A stretch of DNA of 64,000 bases, from assembly GCF_049075655.1 (NCBI RefSeq), contig NZ_CP157522.1:160001-224000 (forward strand), read 5' to 3'. The stretch is from Methanothermococcus sp. Ax23 (GTDB taxonomy: Archaea > AGJL01 > Methanococci > Methanococcales > Methanococcaceae). How positions within the stretch are numbered: the first letter of the stretch is position 1; each line of letters opens with the position of its first letter. The notes below the pieces were generated by a model, which was given only the letters and a program-made list of their open reading frames with translations, did not search any database and was not told the DNA's origin. Positions 56,253-64,000 of this stretch are shown one piece after another. A program made the translations under genes and the position numbers.

Positions 56253-56945
56253 GTGGTAAATAAAGTTTATGGAATAGGTGTAGGACCAGGAGATGAAGAA
56301 CTATTGACTTTAAAAGCGGTAAGGATATTAAAAGAAGTAGATACAATCTTTGTTCCAATATCTAAAAAAGGAAAAACATCCGTAGCTTATGATATTATTA
56401 AAAATATTGTAGATGAAAATAAAAATATAGTGGAACTACTATTCCCAATGAGTAAAGATATAGAGTATTTAAAAAAACATTGGGAAGAGGCATTTAATAC
56501 CATCAAAAACGCAGAGGGGGAAGTGGCAGTAATTACAATAGGGGACCCGACCCTTTACAGCACCTTTTCTTATGTTTGGAATTATCTAAAAGAAAATAAT
56601 ATTCCTGTTGAGATTATAAACGGCATTCCTTCACCATTTGCAAGTGCAGGGAGGTTGAATATCCCACTTGTTGAAGGGGATGAAAACCTTGTAATACTTC
56701 CGCAGGGAAAGGATTTGGAAAAATATTTGGGAGTATTTGATACCATCGTAGTTATGAAGACTAAGAGTTTAGGGGAAAAACTTAGAGCTCTCCTTGATGA
56801 AGAACATAAAAATGATTATCTTGTTGGTATCGTGTGCAGAGCATGTTGCGAGAATGAGGAAATTCAAATTGGAAAAATCGATGAAATCAATTTTGATGAA
56901 GTTAATGAATATCTATCCCTTGCTGTGATTAAGAAGATTAAATAA
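56253..56945 (+). CDS. cbiL: cobalt-precorrin-2 C20-methyltransferase
   Basis: YGIGVGPGDEELLTLKA, FPM, GDPTLYSTF. Confidence 0.9.
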   Translation: MVNKVYGIGVGPGDEELLTLKAVRILKEVDTIFVPISKKGKTSVAYDIIKNIVDENKNIVELLFPMSKDIEYLKKHWEEAFNTIKNAEGEVAVITIGDPTLYSTFSYVWNYLKENNIPVEIINGIPSPFASAGRLNIPLVEGDENLVILPQGKDLEKYLGVFDTIVVMKTKSLGEKLRALLDEEHKNDYLVGIVCRACCENEEIQIGKIDEINFDEVNEYLSLAVIKKIK

Positions 56946-56998
56946 TTAAAAAGCAGATTAAACGATTATTAATATAATAATTGTTTTTGCCTTTTGCA

Positions 56999-57241
56999 CT
57001 AATTCCCTAATTTTTTTAACCTTTTAAATATTATTCTTACAATGGTGGTTACTATGCCCAAAATTACTAATAATGCCAAGATATAATAAAAAATTACTAA
57101 AATATTTATAGATATGATTTTAATATTGTCAAATATGGGATTACATCCTTTTATGAAATCATATATCAGTAAATAACCCACACAAAAAGCTAAAAGTACT
57201 AATAGAACCCTAAATTTGGTTATTCCCACATAAATCACCAT
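56999..57241 (-). CDS. small membrane protein (2 TM), hypothetical
   Basis: 80 aa, two hydrophobic segments, directly downstream of the secreted protein. Confidence 0.5.
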   Translation of the reverse strand: MVIYVGITKFRVLLVLLAFCVGYLLIYDFIKGCNPIFDNIKIISINILVIFYYILALLVILGIVTTIVRIIFKRLKKLGN

Positions 57242-57280
57242 TTAATAAATTAAAAATAAAGAAGTGAAAGGTCAGTATTA

Positions 57281-58135
57281 TTAATTAATATTTACTTTAC
57301 ACATATCATAATCAGAGTCTCCAGTGCCCCAAATAGCACCGGTAATTGAATCACTAGATCTAAACTCAAAGCTTCCACTTTTACTGTATCTAACTTTTAT
57401 AATGGTTTTTTTCTTATATTCTTCATATAACCCTGTGGAGCTCCACAATAACAAAGTACAAGGGCCTTCTACAAAGGAATTATCTAATCCTTGTTCTGGA
57501 ACTATATATATCTCTCCAGATTTTAAATGTTTAATATAATTTGGATTTACGCCGTCAATAACGCCCTTATATTCAACACCCTCAGGTATTCTTAAATAAT
57601 AAATTGTTGTAGGTATTATTAAACCATTAGCTTTATTATCTACATCTATTGTAATTGACCCATAACTATTAATTGAAGTATAATATTTATCGGGATATAT
57701 ATCTACTGTTGCAGTAGGATGCGGTATCCTCAAATCTATACCTTTGGTGGATAACATTGTGGATTTTTCAAATAATTTAGAGCTTATATGTTCAATAGGA
57801 TTATAAGTTGTTTTCATTGTTGTGTATTTTTTACCATCCACATACATTTCAGTTAAATATGTGTCTTTTACTTTTTTAGTTATGAATTTATAGTTTATTG
57901 TTTTTCCTGTTTTCTTATCCATTATTTTAAGAGTAGCAACTTTTCCATTTGTATGATAGGTTATGAGATTTCCATTAACATTTACTATTTGGTCTGTTGG
58001 CGTATTTTTTACTACCTCAACATCTACCTTCTGCATTTCAATATTTTTGTTATTTTCCACACTAATAGCACTTACAGATGCAATTGTGGAACATACAATT
58101 AATATTCCAAATAAAAAGGATAAAATCTTTTTCAT
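57281..58135 (-). CDS. secreted hypothetical protein
   Basis: signal peptide MKKILSFLFGILIVCSTIASVSA; beta-rich mature part. Confidence 0.7.
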   Translation of the reverse strand: MKKILSFLFGILIVCSTIASVSAISVENNKNIEMQKVDVEVVKNTPTDQIVNVNGNLITYHTNGKVATLKIMDKKTGKTINYKFITKKVKDTYLTEMYVDGKKYTTMKTTYNPIEHISSKLFEKSTMLSTKGIDLRIPHPTATVDIYPDKYYTSINSYGSITIDVDNKANGLIIPTTIYYLRIPEGVEYKGVIDGVNPNYIKHLKSGEIYIVPEQGLDNSFVEGPCTLLLWSSTGLYEEYKKKTIIKVRYSKSGSFEFRSSDSITGAIWGTGDSDYDMCKVNIN

Positions 58136-58185
58136 ATTCTACACCCCAATTTATTATTTTGGTTAGGAAATACCTTATCATTTGA

Positions 58186-58248
58186 TTATCTACTTAACGT
58201 TCCTACCTCACTTAAATATACAATTCTATTACTGTTTTCAAATTCCAT
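58186..58248 (-). CDS. possible 20-aa leader/small peptide
   Basis: GGGGGTGAT RBS then MEFENSNRIVYLSEVGTLSR*. Confidence 0.35.
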   Translation of the reverse strand: MEFENSNRIVYLSEVGTLSR

Positions 58249-58312
58249 ATATCACCCCCATAATTTTACAAAAATAACTTTTTCTTTTCCATATATTTAA
58301 AATTTTCTATAT

Positions 58313-58403
58313 ATAATTATTATGATATTTCATAAAAATTATGTTTTTTTATAATTATTATGATGAATCATAAAATTTTATGGTTAAGCATAATTATTAT
58401 GAT
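58313..58403. promoter_or_regulatory. three phased direct repeats ATAATTATTATGAT (putative operator)
   Basis: copies at 58313, 58351 and 58390 (period 38-39 bp), upstream of a minus-strand TATA-like box near 58290-58300. Confidence 0.6.
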
Positions 58404-58470
58404 ACTTTATAAATCGAAAGAATTAAGAATATGGATATAGAAGTATTAAAAAATAAATAAAAATAAACAT

Positions 58471-59250
58471 CTAAATCTTATCAATTTCCTTAGATTTATT
58501 TAAATAATAACCAAATAACTCCCTCCCCCACATTAAAGCATTTTTATCATAAGATATTAAAAATTCACTTACATCATAAACACCATTTTTAAAATACAAA
58601 GAAAGATATAAAAACCTATCAGAAACTACCATAGCTAATTTTGCATCTTTGACAACATACATTTTTGCATTGCCTAACTCCAAATATTCGTTGAGCTCTT
58701 TGGGATTTTTCTCTTTCACCTTATTAAATACATTTTCAGTTAAAATTAAATAGATATTTTTGCCAGTTTTTGCAAGTTTTAAAAACGTCAAAGGATAATC
58801 TGGATGATAAATAGATGAGATTCCATATATATTATCCGATACCTCAATATTCCTTATAAATCCTTCATGAAGTTCATAAATACCTTCTAATGGATTTTTT
58901 ACAACTTCACAACTTTCTAACTCATAAATTCTTTTTAATAAGTTGTTAGGAATTGGTGAAATATCGTGATTATTCCAGAAATCCATATACTTTTCAACAA
59001 TATCCGCCCCCAACATAAATCCAAGAAATAATTCTTTAACTAACTTTCCAGATTCAGTTAATGAGTATTTTCCATTTTTAGATTTAACTAACTCCTCATA
59101 CTCAAGTTTTCTTAGATATGGTAAGAGATTTGATGGTGTTATATCAAGAGTTTTTGATAACTCTGCAAGTGATTTTGAAACATCTGAAAGCTCTAAAATT
59201 ATTTTACATCTTTTTTCAGAAGTTATTAATAATTTTAATAACCTTTGCAA
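58471..59250 (-). CDS. winged-helix transcription regulator (DUF1724/FilR1-like)
   Basis: SEKRCKIILEL...YSLTESG wHTH, FWNNHDISPIP, ALMWGRELF; TTG start at 59250 after GAGGGG. Confidence 0.8.
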   Translation of the reverse strand: MQRLLKLLITSEKRCKIILELSDVSKSLAELSKTLDITPSNLLPYLRKLEYEELVKSKNGKYSLTESGKLVKELFLGFMLGADIVEKYMDFWNNHDISPIPNNLLKRIYELESCEVVKNPLEGIYELHEGFIRNIEVSDNIYGISSIYHPDYPLTFLKLAKTGKNIYLILTENVFNKVKEKNPKELNEYLELGNAKMYVVKDAKLAMVVSDRFLYLSLYFKNGVYDVSEFLISYDKNALMWGRELFGYYLNKSKEIDKI

Positions 59251-59352
59251 AAATATCCCCCTCAAATCTTTTAGCCTAATATATTTGGAAAAAATATATA
59301 TTTTTATCATTAAAAGTAATAAATGGAAAAGTATTTAAAAAAATTTTAAAAA

Positions 59353-60465
59353 TTATTCAACAATCTCCTTCAAAATCTCCAAAAACCTCTCATCCTCTTC
59401 AAAAGTTCCAATAGCAACCCTTACATAATTATCTCCAAGACCTTCAAATGAATAACAGTCCCTTACAATTACCCCTCTTTTCAAGAGCTCCTCACAAAAC
59501 TCACCTGAGCTCATGCCATTTTTAACCTCAACTAACAAATAGTTTGCCTCAGATGGATAAACTCTTAATTCTTTAAACTTCTTCAATCCTTCGTATAATA
59601 TTTCTCTGCTCCTTATACCGTCATTTTTTGATTTATTGAAAAATTCCTTATCTCTTAGTGCTGTGATGGCACAGATTTGGCTTAATCTTGTTAAACTGAA
59701 TATTGGTTTAACCCTCATCATATAATCTACGATTTTTTTACTTGTGATGCCGTAGCCAATTCTCTGACCTGCTAAACCAAATACCTTTGAAAATGTTCTT
59801 AATACTAAAACATTGTCATACTTCAATGCCCATTCTGTTAAATCGTATTCCTCTTTTGAGTATTCAATATAGGCGTGGTCTATTACCACCAACGCATCGG
59901 TTGAATTTATGATTTTTTCAATGTCCTTTTTATCAATTATATTTCCTGTTGGGTTGTTTGGGGTGCATAGGAATATAATTTTTGTTTTATCTGTAATATT
60001 GTTTAAAACACTATCAACATCCAATTCAAAATCCTTTTCCTTGTCAAATTTTGCATATTTTACATTTGCACCATATATTTTTGCAGATATTCTATACTGT
60101 GTAAAGGTAGGTATTGGAATAATTACCTCATCACCATTATCAATTAATATTCTCATCATTGTGTCTATTATCTCATCTGCACCATCTCCACCAACAATAA
60201 TATTTTCCTTCGGAGCTCCTGTGAATTTGGAGAGCTCTTCCATAAGTATTGGATTTACAGGCTCTGGGTATTGGTGGAGTTTTGGAATCTCTTTTAATAT
60301 TTCATCCTTTATTTTTGGAGAACATCCCCATGGATTTTCATTTGAACCTAATTTTATAATATCGTCTGGATTTATTCCGTAAGTTCTTGCTATTTCTTCC
60401 TTTGATTTTCCAGGAACATAAGCTTTAAAGGATTTTACTACATCTCTTATTTTATTATCTATCAT
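59353..60465 (-). CDS. hisC: histidinol-phosphate aminotransferase
   Basis: [30 protein letters not shown]. Confidence 0.94.
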   Translation of the reverse strand: MIDNKIRDVVKSFKAYVPGKSKEEIARTYGINPDDIIKLGSNENPWGCSPKIKDEILKEIPKLHQYPEPVNPILMEELSKFTGAPKENIIVGGDGADEIIDTMMRILIDNGDEVIIPIPTFTQYRISAKIYGANVKYAKFDKEKDFELDVDSVLNNITDKTKIIFLCTPNNPTGNIIDKKDIEKIINSTDALVVIDHAYIEYSKEEYDLTEWALKYDNVLVLRTFSKVFGLAGQRIGYGITSKKIVDYMMRVKPIFSLTRLSQICAITALRDKEFFNKSKNDGIRSREILYEGLKKFKELRVYPSEANYLLVEVKNGMSSGEFCEELLKRGVIVRDCYSFEGLGDNYVRVAIGTFEEDERFLEILKEIVE

Positions 60466-60889
60466 ATAATCACCGTCATTTGATAATACACATACATTAT
60501 AAAGTGCAATTAGTGATTTTAATGTAATTCTTACTTTATAATTATATTTGTATCTATGATATGCAAAAGTGGAATTATTATATTGGTAAATAATGCAACC
60601 ACAGAATATATAATACTTATCAATTTTTATTAAAGGAATTAGAGGTTAGAAAATATTGGATAATGTTAAGACAATATTAAATAAACTTGAAAATAACATC
60701 TATTGAAACAATAACCCATTATATACTTATTAATCGATATATAATCAAATATGCCACATCAATCACGTTTAAATAACTAGGTGTATGTGTAGATATTCCA
60801 CAATATATGGGAGTGAAAATTACTAATTTTTTATCATATATTTAATTTTTTATACCTATTTTAAAAATGAATAAAAAATAAGAATCTAA

Positions 60890-61234
60890 TTATAATGCAC
60901 TTTTAACCTTTTCAGTGCTTCTCTTCATGGATATTCTAATCAACCCCAAATTTACCTTAGCATCGGTTAAAACAACCAAAATACCTTCTCCTGCATCAGT
61001 CATTAATGTTTTTCCATACTCCCCTTCAATCATCATCTGTTGTAAGTTCCCCTGATTTATCTCTGATGCCGTTCTTTCAGCCGAACCATATGCTGCAGAT
61101 GCCATAGCACCAATTAATTCCGTATCTATGCCTGATGGCATTTGAGCTGCAATTACGAGTCCGTCTTTACCTACAACCATTGAACCTTTTATACCTTCGG
61201 TTTTGTTCAAATCTGACAGTATTCTATCTATCAT
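60890..61234 (-). CDS. roadblock/LC7 (MglB-like) protein
   Basis: [16 protein letters not shown]...NLGLIR. Confidence 0.9.
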   Translation of the reverse strand: MIDRILSDLNKTEGIKGSMVVGKDGLVIAAQMPSGIDTELIGAMASAAYGSAERTASEINQGNLQQMMIEGEYGKTLMTDAGEGILVVLTDAKVNLGLIRISMKRSTEKVKSAL

Positions 61235-61377
61235 GGTTTCACCATTGGTTTTTATAGGATATGTTCCTATTAATTATTTAAATATCTTTTGATTTATTTC
61301 AAACGATATGATGCCCTTAGAATTGTGATTTTCTTTATTTTGAACGAAGTGTGGGAATTATAGTTTTTTGTTATTCC

Positions 61378-61857
61378 TCATACATCGAGATTGGCAAAAA
61401 TATTTTTTAATTCATCAAAACCTTTATTTTTTAGTGCCGAACCTTCGACGATATGATAATAATTATTACATAAAACTTCAATTTCTTTTTTTAATTCTTC
61501 AAGTTTCTTTTTATCTACAATGTCTATTTTATTTATAAATATGATATAAGGTATTCTTTTGGAACATAATTTATCAATTATTTTTTTATCCAGTTTATTT
61601 AGTCCAGCGGCGGCATCTAAAACCAGTAATACAAAATCCACTCCATTTAATGCCAATTCCCTCATAAATTCAAACCGTTCCTGCCCCGGAGTGCCAAATA
61701 AATGTAATTTTCTTCCATTTATTACCGTATTTCCATAATCTATTGCTACTGTGGTTCCATTATGTTCTACTTTACCTATGTTTCCAATTAAATTTTCCAT
61801 TAATGTGGTTTTCCCCACATCTTCGGAACCCATGACAACAATTTTTATTTCTTTCAT
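61378..61857 (-). CDS. small GTPase (MglA/Rab-like)
   Basis: GSEDVGKTT, TTVAIDYG, GTPGQERF, NKID, SAL. Confidence 0.9.
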   Translation of the reverse strand: MKEIKIVVMGSEDVGKTTLMENLIGNIGKVEHNGTTVAIDYGNTVINGRKLHLFGTPGQERFEFMRELALNGVDFVLLVLDAAAGLNKLDKKIIDKLCSKRIPYIIFINKIDIVDKKKLEELKKEIEVLCNNYYHIVEGSALKNKGFDELKNIFANLDV

Positions 61858-61866
61858 AATACTCCC

Positions 61867-62895
61867 TTAATCCGTGAATAACTTTCTCATACTCCGTTTA
61901 ATAGCTCCATTTGCCGCAGCTCCCCCAATCAATGTTCTAAGTTCTTTCACAAGTGCCTGAGCTGCAACAAGTGTTGTTGGATTTATTGTTGCATTTTGAG
62001 ATTCGCTTAATAATTTTTCATCTAAATTATTTAATATGTCTAACGCATCGTCTAATTCTTTCTGTTCTTCCAATAGGTGCATGGATGATGCACTTTTTAT
62101 AAGTAATTCTGGATTTATGGCTTTTAGAAGCCCTTTAACTCCCGAGGTTTCCACAAGTGAAGCCATTGTTTGAAGTGTCATGATAATTTGCTGTTCAATC
62201 ATTTTTTCCGGAGCTCCTATAACATTTTTACCCACACTATAATAATCTAAAACGCCAGCTAGTGCAACAGCAGTTACAAGAGAACCCATGTCTGCAACAG
62301 AGGATGAAACATCAGCAGGAACCACATAAGCTTTTTTATTGGCACTTTCTGCCAGTTCAACACATTTTTTTATCTGCTCATCAGTAGCATAATTTGTTCC
62401 ATCTGTTGAAGTTCCGCTTATCACATAATGGCTATGCTGTGGAGTTCCAGGAACCGCAGCAGGATGCATTGAAGATATACCCACATCCTTTCTTTTTGTT
62501 CTGAGCTCTACTTCAAGTGCAGCATATAAAACAGCGGGGGATATTGTGCATGTATTTGCTATAATGGCATTTTCCGGGAGGTGGGGAATTATATTTTTTG
62601 CTATTTCAATAGTTTTTTTTCCAAATGGTGTGAAAAATATGGCTATCTCCCCATGCCTTGCAGCTTCGATATCGTCTGAAACCACCTTAACCCCGGATTC
62701 TTCAACTTTTTTCCACATTTCCTCAGTTAGTATATTTTTGTTAGGTTCTGCAAGTACAACATCATGTCCTGCTTCTGCAAACTCCATGGCAATTCTACTT
62801 CCGCCATAAGGTGCCTCCCCACCATAATTTTCAGGTAAATTTAATTGATTTACATACAGGTTTTGGTTTCCTGCACCATATACTGAAATTTTCAT
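61867..62895 (-). CDS. H2-forming methylene-H4MPT dehydrogenase paralog (HmdII/HmdIII type)
   Basis: YGAGNQNLY, PYGGSRIAMEFAEAGHDV, NTCT, SSMHPAAVPGTP. Confidence 0.9.
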   Translation of the reverse strand: MKISVYGAGNQNLYVNQLNLPENYGGEAPYGGSRIAMEFAEAGHDVVLAEPNKNILTEEMWKKVEESGVKVVSDDIEAARHGEIAIFFTPFGKKTIEIAKNIIPHLPENAIIANTCTISPAVLYAALEVELRTKRKDVGISSMHPAAVPGTPQHSHYVISGTSTDGTNYATDEQIKKCVELAESANKKAYVVPADVSSSVADMGSLVTAVALAGVLDYYSVGKNVIGAPEKMIEQQIIMTLQTMASLVETSGVKGLLKAINPELLIKSASSMHLLEEQKELDDALDILNNLDEKLLSESQNATINPTTLVAAQALVKELRTLIGGAAANGAIKRSMRKLFTD

Positions 62896-63123
62896 AATAT
62901 ACCTCCTCTATTGAACTAAATAAAATAATATTGTATCAATTGTTTATAAATGTTTTATTATAATTATGCATCAATCATACAAAAAAGAATATGGTAGTTA
63001 TAATTATAAAGAGACTAAACTCGAAGCAGAAGCCGAAATTTAATCTTTTGACTTTATATTACTTCACTAGGATATTAATCGAATCAAAGGAATACATTTA
63101 ACATTGACTAAATATATTCCTAA

Positions 63124-64000
63124 TTATATTTTTTCAATTACTAAGATTCCATCACTTAAAGATGTGTGTTTAAAATCATAGCCCATAGATTCCAAGGTAT
63201 CCAATATTTCTTTTTTCGAATGATAGTTTTTAAAAAATTTATTTAATCTATTATAAAACTCAAATAATTCAACATTTATATCAGAAGCTGTATCTTTAAA
63301 GAATTCCTCTGCAATAAATAGTTTACCTCCTGAACGCAGAGCATCCATCATCTTTTTGAGGAATATCTTTGGTGATGAAGCATACTTTAGTGTATATGTG
63401 CATATAACATAATCGTATTTATTTTTAATTATTGCATCGCAAAAATCCATATGTTTTAATAATACACTGCCATTATCCCATCTTTTAGTTCTTATTTCAG
63501 CTATTTTCAGTAAATTTTTTGATATATCTATGCCAGTATATTTTCCCCTAGGGAATATTTTGGAGATATAAAATTCAGGAGACCTAGAACCACAACCTAC
63601 ATCCAATATATAATCGCCATTTTCTAAACCTAAATATTTCGCAGCAATATTTCTACATGATTTCAAATATGAGGTATTTAGTATTATGTCCCAAATATCA
63701 GCGTCTTCTATAAAATTAAGCAATATTTTTGGATGGTTATATCCTATAAGGGCATATTTAGATAACTTAGTCATATGGTCGTAGTTTATTGAATAATCTT
63801 CCATAAATTTGTCGTATTCTGGATGCTTTATAATTATTTTTTTATCCCTATTTAGTTCTAAACTACCATTTTCGTTTTGATATATTATCTCTAATTTTAT
63901 GGCAGTTTTTATGTAGTCATTGAGAAAATCATTGTTGGGATAACCTAGAAGTGAATTTACTTCATTTATTTTTGGTTTATATTTATCAATTACGCCATAT
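63124..64000 (-). CDS. class I SAM-dependent methyltransferase (5' end beyond the window)
   Basis: ILDVGCGS motif I; frame stays open from 63804 to the window edge. Confidence 0.8.
   Translation of the reverse strand, partial: YGVIDKYKPKINEVNSLLGYPNNDFLNDYIKTAIKLEIIYQNENGSLELNRDKKIIIKHPEYDKFMEDYSINYDHMTKLSKYALIGYNHPKILLNFIEDADIWDIILNTSYLKSCRNIAAKYLGLENGDYILDVGCGSRSPEFYISKIFPRGKYTGIDISKNLLKIAEIRTKRWDNGSVLLKHMDFCDAIIKNKYDYVICTYTLKYASSPKIFLKKMMDALRSGGKLFIAEEFFKDTASDINVELFEFYNRLNKFFKNYHSKKEILDTLESMGYDFKHTSLSDGILVIEKI

Noticed and set aside
60466-60889. Possible ncRNA in the long hisC-roadblock intergenic region
   Set aside because: AT-rich, with no stable hairpin, repeat or ORF that I could support.

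Overview
AT-rich archaeal chromosomal segment; gene content and sequences point to a Methanococcales methanogen (Methanothermococcus/Methanococcus-like). Core content: the energy-converting hydrogenase A (eha) operon, GAPOR, gatB, cimA, aspartokinase, purQ, ilvD, guaA/pyrG, the proteasome-Rpl37ae-RpoP-Brix-Pcc1-prefoldin superoperon, bioB, pscS, tfrA, aIF2-gamma, aroK, cbiL, hisC and an Hmd-paralog/GTPase/roadblock cluster. The ORF track misses a HesB-like selenoprotein (in-frame UGA plus 3' SECIS), RpoP and a HEPN pseudogene. Accessory content: a type I R-M island carrying an unknown 556-aa gene and an MNT/HEPN pair between hsdS and hsdR; one intact TnpB (IS200/IS605) element; and two ORF-less IS200/IS605 derivatives that look like promoter-driven stand-alone omega-RNA cassettes. 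Two signals are not explained by the annotation. (i) A family of ~45-50 bp double-hairpin mini-elements (8 copies) conserved in structure rather than sequence; four form a tandem array at the guaA stop codon and three lie in IS200/IS605 ends. (ii) The palindrome GAGCTC is strongly over-represented (about 74 copies counted by hand, versus roughly 4-5 expected). All calls come from reading the sequence; no database searches were run.
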